DNA of 63,040 nucleotides, filler included, from Reclinomonas americana ATCC 50394 (Eukaryota), in assembly GCA_048213135.1 (NCBI GenBank). It is 6 parts of 3 records of this genome, joined end to end, with 100 filler letters (N's around TTAATTAATTAA, not from the genome) between each part and the next. Parts side by side here need not be neighbours in the genome. Positions count along the whole stretch, not along the records: positions 55,325 to 58,188 come from PS015022.1; positions 58,289 to 63,040 come from PS015024.1; 4 more parts are not named here. One strand, given 5' to 3'. The translations under genes were made by a program, and so were the position numbers. The notes beneath the pieces are model-generated. The model did not search any database. It had not been told where the DNA came from and saw only the letters and a list, made by a program, of their open reading frames with translations. Each line of letters begins with the position of its first letter. The first letter of the stretch is position 1. Below are positions 57,615 through 63,040 of the stretch, piece by piece.

Positions 57615-58787
57615 CTGTGAAGAGAAGAAGGATGAGTGAGGGACAGAGAGCAACAAGCAACAGGATAAGCAAGGATCAGCGCGATCACAACGAGCAGATG
57701 CAATGCGATGGGTGGACGAGCGAGGGGCAAGGCGACGAGCAGGGAGACACATGGGCAAGCAGGAGCGAAGAGCTCAGCGAGAGAGAGAGAGACCAGAAAG
57801 AGCAAGAGACAGCACCACCAGCCAGAGACGGAGCATCGAGCAAGAGACGGAACGCTAAGAAACAGACAATTGACGAGTGAGAGAGAGAGAGAGAGATCGA
57901 TAAGCAAGAGACAGCACCACCAGCCAGAGACGGATCACCAACCAGAGACGGAGCAACGAGCAAGAGACGGAACGCTAACAAACAGACGATTGACGAGTGA
58001 GAGACATACACACAGGCAGAGAGAAAGAGAGAAAGAAAGAAAGAAAAGAGAGAGAGAGAGAGAGAGATAAGCAAGAGACAGCACCAGCAGAGACGGAGCA
58101 TCGAGCAAGAGACGGAATGCAAAGAAACAGACAATTGACGAGTGAGAGACATACATATAGGCACAGAGAGAGAGAGAGAGAGAGAGAGNNNNNNNNNNNN
58201 NNNNNNNNNNNNNNNNNNNNNNNNNNNNNNNNTTAATTAATTAANNNNNNNNNNNNNNNNNNNNNNNNNNNNNNNNNNNNNNNNNNNNGGAAGGGGAAGG
58301 GGGAGAAGGGGAAGGGGGAGAAGGGGAAGGGTTGAGGGATGGAGGCGAGGAGACGAAGGGCAAGAGGACGGGGATGATGGGAAACGGGATGAATGGGAAG
58401 GGAACAGAGAGAAGGTTAGGTGTAGAGTCAGCAGAAAGGGAAAAAACGCGAGGTTAACAAATGCAAGAGGGAAGAGTCAGAAACGGGTGCATCGCAGAGA
58501 GAGAGAGAGAGAGAGAGAGAGAGCAAGGTGAACTGACAGCATAAAGGTGAGGACGAGGCACAGATAACAGCATGAGCAGGAACAGTAAGGAGCGGTGTGC
58601 GTCTCGGAGAGAGAGTGAATACACTACACACTGCCAGCGTCACAGAGAGTACAACAACAACGGAAATCGATTTGAAGACGAGACCAACACAAGAACATGA
58701 GTGCGTCACAAGAAAGAGATCTGCAGTGAGCAGGAGCCAGTACACAGGGACTGAGAGATGAGAAGCCTCCGAGTAGCGAGTCGCAAC

Positions 58788-59152
58788 TTGGACACAATCG
58801 GTGCCGCCGGTGAGTCTCCCTCACTGGTGGGACCGTGGCCCAGACGACCCTTGTAGATACCCTGCTTGCCAAACAATTTCTACAAACGCAGGAATGAATA
58901 CATCCGCTACTGCACCCTATCCAGATCATGCATGCAGAGAAATCACCCACCAAATCGCCCTCCGTGCCATGCTCCATCGAGTCATACACCAGCCGATTGA
59001 CCAGCAGCAGGTTCTTGCTCTTGGCCTTGACTGCGTCGTGCGCCGCCATGTCCATGCCAAGACCCGGGCGTGGTGGATACATGGGCTCGGGGAAGCGCGG
59101 TACCGAGTGAATGAGATTGGGTGGGGGGTAGATCATCGACAGGCCAGTGCCA
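58788..59152 (-). CDS. Two upstream exons (59152-58951, 58861-58788) of the cytosolic carboxypeptidase gene on an inverted contig
   Basis: PRFPEPMYPP...NRLVYDSMEHG...|GIYKGRLG...IVS-AA ends in phase 2 at a GTTGCG donor, matching the phase-2 acceptor at 59802. Confidence 0.7.
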
Positions 59153-59802
59153 CTGTGAGAAGAGAAATGAGAAGAGGAGGAGAAGGTGGGGAAGGAGGAG
59201 GAGGAGGAGGAGGAGGAGGAGAAGGACAAGAACAAGAAGAAGAAGGAGGAGAAGAAGAAGTAGAAGAAGAAGAACAAGAAGAGGAACAAGAACAAGAAGA
59301 ACAAGAAGAGGAACAAGAACAAGAACAAGAAGAACAAGAAGAAGAACNNNNNNNNNNNNNNNNNNNNNNNNNNNNNNNNNNNNNNNNNNNNNNNNNNNNN
59401 NNNNNNNNNNNNNNNNNNNNNNNNNNNNNNNNNNNNNNNNNNNNNNNNNNNNNNNNNNNNNNNNNNNNNNNNNNNNNNNNNNNNNNNNNNNNNNNNNNNN
59501 NNNNNNNNNNNNNNNNNNNNNNNNNNNNNNNNNNNNNNNNNNNNNNNNNNNNNNNNNNNNNNNNNNNNNNNNNNNNNNNNNNNNNNNNNNNNNNNNNNNN
59601 NNNNNNNNNNNNNNNNNNNNNNNNNNNNNNNNNNNNNNNNNNNNNNNNNNNNNNNNNNNNNNNNNNNNNNNNNNNNNNNNNNNNNNNNNNNNNNNNNNNN
59701 NNNNNNNNTTCCACCCCCTTCCCCTTCTCCCCCTTCCCCTTCTCCCCCTTCCCCTTCCACCCCCTTCCCCTTTATCTCCCTCATTTCCCTTCCCCCTCGT
59801 AG

Positions 59803-62800
59803 CCTTGGCGTGGCCGGCTCGATGGCCGGCCGCCACCAAGACGAGGCCGTCGACCTGCCGCCCTACTACAAGGTGGTATCGCCGGAGGACACCACACTGG
59901 TGTTTGAGAGTCGATACGAGAGCGGCAATCTGCGGCGGGCGATTCAGATGTTGCGTGTGGCAGCGTCCTTTTTTTTTTCTCGCTTGCTGACGTGACGCTC
60001 AGCTACGAATTTGAGTACGAGCTGATTCTCAAGTTCGACGTCAACACTCGTGGCCACACTCAGTGGTTCTACTTTTCCGTGTCCAACACACGCAAGGACA
60101 CCAAGTACAAGTTCAACCTCATCAACCTGCTGAAGCCCGACTCGCTGTACAATCACGGAATGCGACCGGTGATGTACTCGGTGCACAACTCGCGCACGAA
60201 GGGTCTGTTTGTGCATCTTGCTGTGGCGCGACTGGATGAGTACGTCGCTTACGCGTCTGTGTCGTGACGTGCGCAGGCGAGGGTTGGGTGCGTGGTGGCT
60301 TCGACGTGTGCTACTACCAGAACCGCATCAAGCGACAAAAGGGCTTTTACTACTCGGCCACGTTCTCCATCAAGTTTGATCGTTGCGCGCAGCATCTAGC
60401 AAAGCCTGTGCTGTGTGGGAAACTGATGTATGTGTGGGTACGGCACAGACGACTTTGACACGGTCTACTTTGCCTACTGTTATCCGTACACGTACACCGA
60501 CTTGCAAGAGTTGCGGCAGCCACGCTCTGATGAGATCACTACGAGCTGCGTGCTCATGTCTCTCCCTTCTCTCAATAGTTATCTGCAAGCGCTGGAAGAC
60601 AATCCCGAGACGCAGTCGAGATTTCGTCGGCGGACTTTGTGCCAGACGCTCGCCGGCAACAAGTTGCGCTCTCCTTCTTCATCGTGGAACACGCGCGCTA
60701 CGTTCCTGATCTTGTCTCTTCCAAATTGCACAGCTGTGACCTGTTGACCATCACATCGTTCACTTCCGACCCGGAGTCGCTACGGCGGCGAAAAGGAGTG
60801 GTCATTAGCGGTCGGGTACATCCGGGCGAGAGCAATTCCAGCTGGATGATGAAGGTGTGCGCGCGATGCAAACCCTTTCGTTAATCATTGTTGATCACCG
60901 ACCGACCGTCGTGCACGCTGCCGCAGGGTGTCATTGACTTCCTGCTCGGTCCGTCACTGGACGCCAAAATCCTGCGCGACAACTTCATCTTCAAGATCGT
61001 GCCGATGCTCAACCCTGATGGTGTCATCAACGGCAATTATCGATGTTCACTGGCTGGTGCGCATGCTCGGATCGGTGCACATGTTTGCACTTCATATATC
61101 TCAACCCCGTGTGTGCCAGGTGTTGATCTCAACCGTCGATGGATGGAGCCGAGCAAGAAGCTGACGCCGACCATTTACTCCACCAAAATGGTTCTCCACT
61201 CTGCCGTTTTCTATCTTCTGTGCTGCCGTCTCACGTCTTTCTCGTGCCGTGCAGATGATCAAGCGATTCCTCGAAGATCGCGAAGTGGTGCTATTCTGTG
61301 ATCTGCACGGGCACAGCAGAAAGCACAACATTTTCATGTACGGTTGCGAGAATCGAGACTCGCCCGAGGCTCGCCTCAAGGAGCGCGTGTTCCCCAAGTT
61401 CTGTGTTTACTTTCATCGCCGTGTGTATGTGTTTGTGCATCCCGTGCTCACCATTCAGCATCGCAGGCTGCTCTCTGAGCTGTCAGACACGTTCTTGTTC
61501 CGCGATTGCAGTTTCCGCGTGCAGAAAGCCAAGGAGTCCACTGCTCGAGTTGCGCCATCCATTGTTGTGTGATTAGCTGGCCTCAGTTAGACCAACATGG
61601 CGGCGGCAGGTTGTCGGATGGAGGGAGCTGGGCATCTTGAACAGTTTCACCATGGAGGCCACATTTGCCGGTGCCACCGAGGGGCCCTACGCAGGCGAGC
61701 ATTTCACCACACGGCATCTCGAGGTTGGATGTGGCATCGAAGCTTGTAATATCTGTATTGCTGTCGCTGATCTTTATTCCCCTCCAGGAAATGGGTCATC
61801 AACTGTGTNNNNNNNNNNNNNNNNNNNNNNNNNNNNNNNNNNNNNNNNNNNNNNNNNNNNNNNNNNNNNNNNNNNNNNNNNNNNNNNNNNNNNNNNNNNN
61901 NNNNNNNNNNNNNNNNNNNNNNNNNNNNNNNNNNNNNNNNNNNNNNNNNNNNNNNNNNNNNNNNNNNNNNNNNNNNNNNNNNNNNNNNNNNNNNNNNNNN
62001 NNNNNNNNNNNNNNNNNNNNNNNNNNNNNNNNNNNNNNNNNNNNNNNNNNNNNNNNNNNNNNNNNNNNNNNNNNNNNNNNNNNNNNNNNNNNNNNNNNNN
62101 NNNNNNNNNNNNNNNNNNNNNNNNNNNNNNNNNNNNNNNNNNNNNNNNNNNNNNNNNNNNNNNNNNNNNNNNNNNNNNNNNNNNNNNNNNNNNNNNNNNN
62201 NNNNNNNNNNNNNNNNNNNNNNNNNNNNNNNNNNNNNNNNNNNNNNNNNNNNNNNNNNNNNNNNNNNNNNNNNNNNNNNNNNNNNNNNNNNNNNNNNNNN
62301 NNNNNNNNNNNNNNNGACGCCCTGTTGGAGTACTGCCAACCGGACTCGTCACGTGCCCTGATGATCTACGACGCTCTGCTGCTCACCACGCCAATCGACG
62401 TTGACGACGGCGGGGGCGGCGATAGGTTTGGCGGCGCCATTTCTTCTCGCCTTTCCATCTTGCGATTCTCACATTGGCACGCTGTGCTTGAACTTGCCGC
62501 ACACACAGTAGCTCAGTCGGTAGTGACGATGTGATTTCGGAGGAGGACATTCTCCCCACGGCAATCTTCAAGGCCAAGAAGAAGAAGAAGAGAAGAAGGA
62601 AGACGCGCAAGTCTGTCAAGGCAGGTGCGACATCGGCAGCCACCACGCCGCCAGCGGCCGCCACCCCAACCACCAAGCCGCCAGCCGGCAAGAAGAAGGG
62701 TTCGCATTGTGTGGATCTCTGTTGCGATTGTTCGTCTTCTCTCACTCGACGCCGCAGTCGAAAAGCCACGTCCCAAACGCGACGCGTCTGCTGCGGCACC

Positions 62801-63006
62801 GACAAAGCCGTTGCGTTTTTCGCCCACTTTCCGAAATGCTTGCATGTGGGGCTCACGTACATGCGCGGCAGTGCCTCGTCTTCCAAGACCACCACCACAT
62901 CCTCCGCGGCTGCTGGTTCGGCGGAGCGTCCCACGAGCACTGGTCGGCGGAAGCCGAAGGCTGGTCGCACTGGTACTGGCTCTGGAACCGAGTCGGCGAA
63001 CGATTG
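59803..63006 (+). CDS. Cytosolic carboxypeptidase (M14D, AGBL/CCP tubulin deglutamylase, CCP2/3-like), partial; exons 59803-59949, 60003-60202, 60277-60381, 60449-60509, 60579-60662, 60734-60854, 60927-61056, 61120-61190, 61255-61397, 61467-61548, 61610-61723, 61788-62425 (gap), 62509-62699, 62758-62809, 62872-63006
   Basis: Motifs [32 protein letters not shown] (Zn ligands), [25 protein letters not shown] and SFTMEATF. All junctions are phase-consistent. Confidence 0.95.
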
Positions 63007-63040
63007 GTCCGTGATATATTCTCTCTCTCTCTCTCTCTCT

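Overview
This is intron-rich eukaryotic (protist-like) draft genome sequence, not prokaryotic. N-flanked TTAATTAATTAA linkers at 21960, 48302, 51868, 55269 and 58233 show it is a concatenation of six unlinked scaffolds. Most entries in the supplied ORF track are microsatellite or gap artefacts, so I reconstructed the genes by hand-splicing. Scaffold 1 carries an AzgA-type (NCS2) purine permease, an orphan ORF, a 65-aa membrane microprotein, an OHCU decarboxylase, and a PH domain fused to three tandem NmrA-like domains. Scaffold 2 carries two paralogous secreted proteins (H-type-lectin-like domains, EGF-like array, 14-blade BNR/Asp-box propeller), WD40 relics, and two duplicated ubiquitin-like/NACHT genes. 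The remaining scaffolds hold a 40-aa-repeat protein, a 5-intron pogo/Fot1-type DD35D transposase, unidentified exon fragments, and a cytosolic carboxypeptidase (AGBL/CCP) whose upstream exons sit on a mis-oriented contig. The most striking signal is in the splice donors. About 20 of the ~65 donors I inferred are non-G|GTTnnG, 15 of them exactly GTTGCG. This is the canonical donor shifted by one nucleotide and suggests a second, common mode of 5' splice-site recognition.
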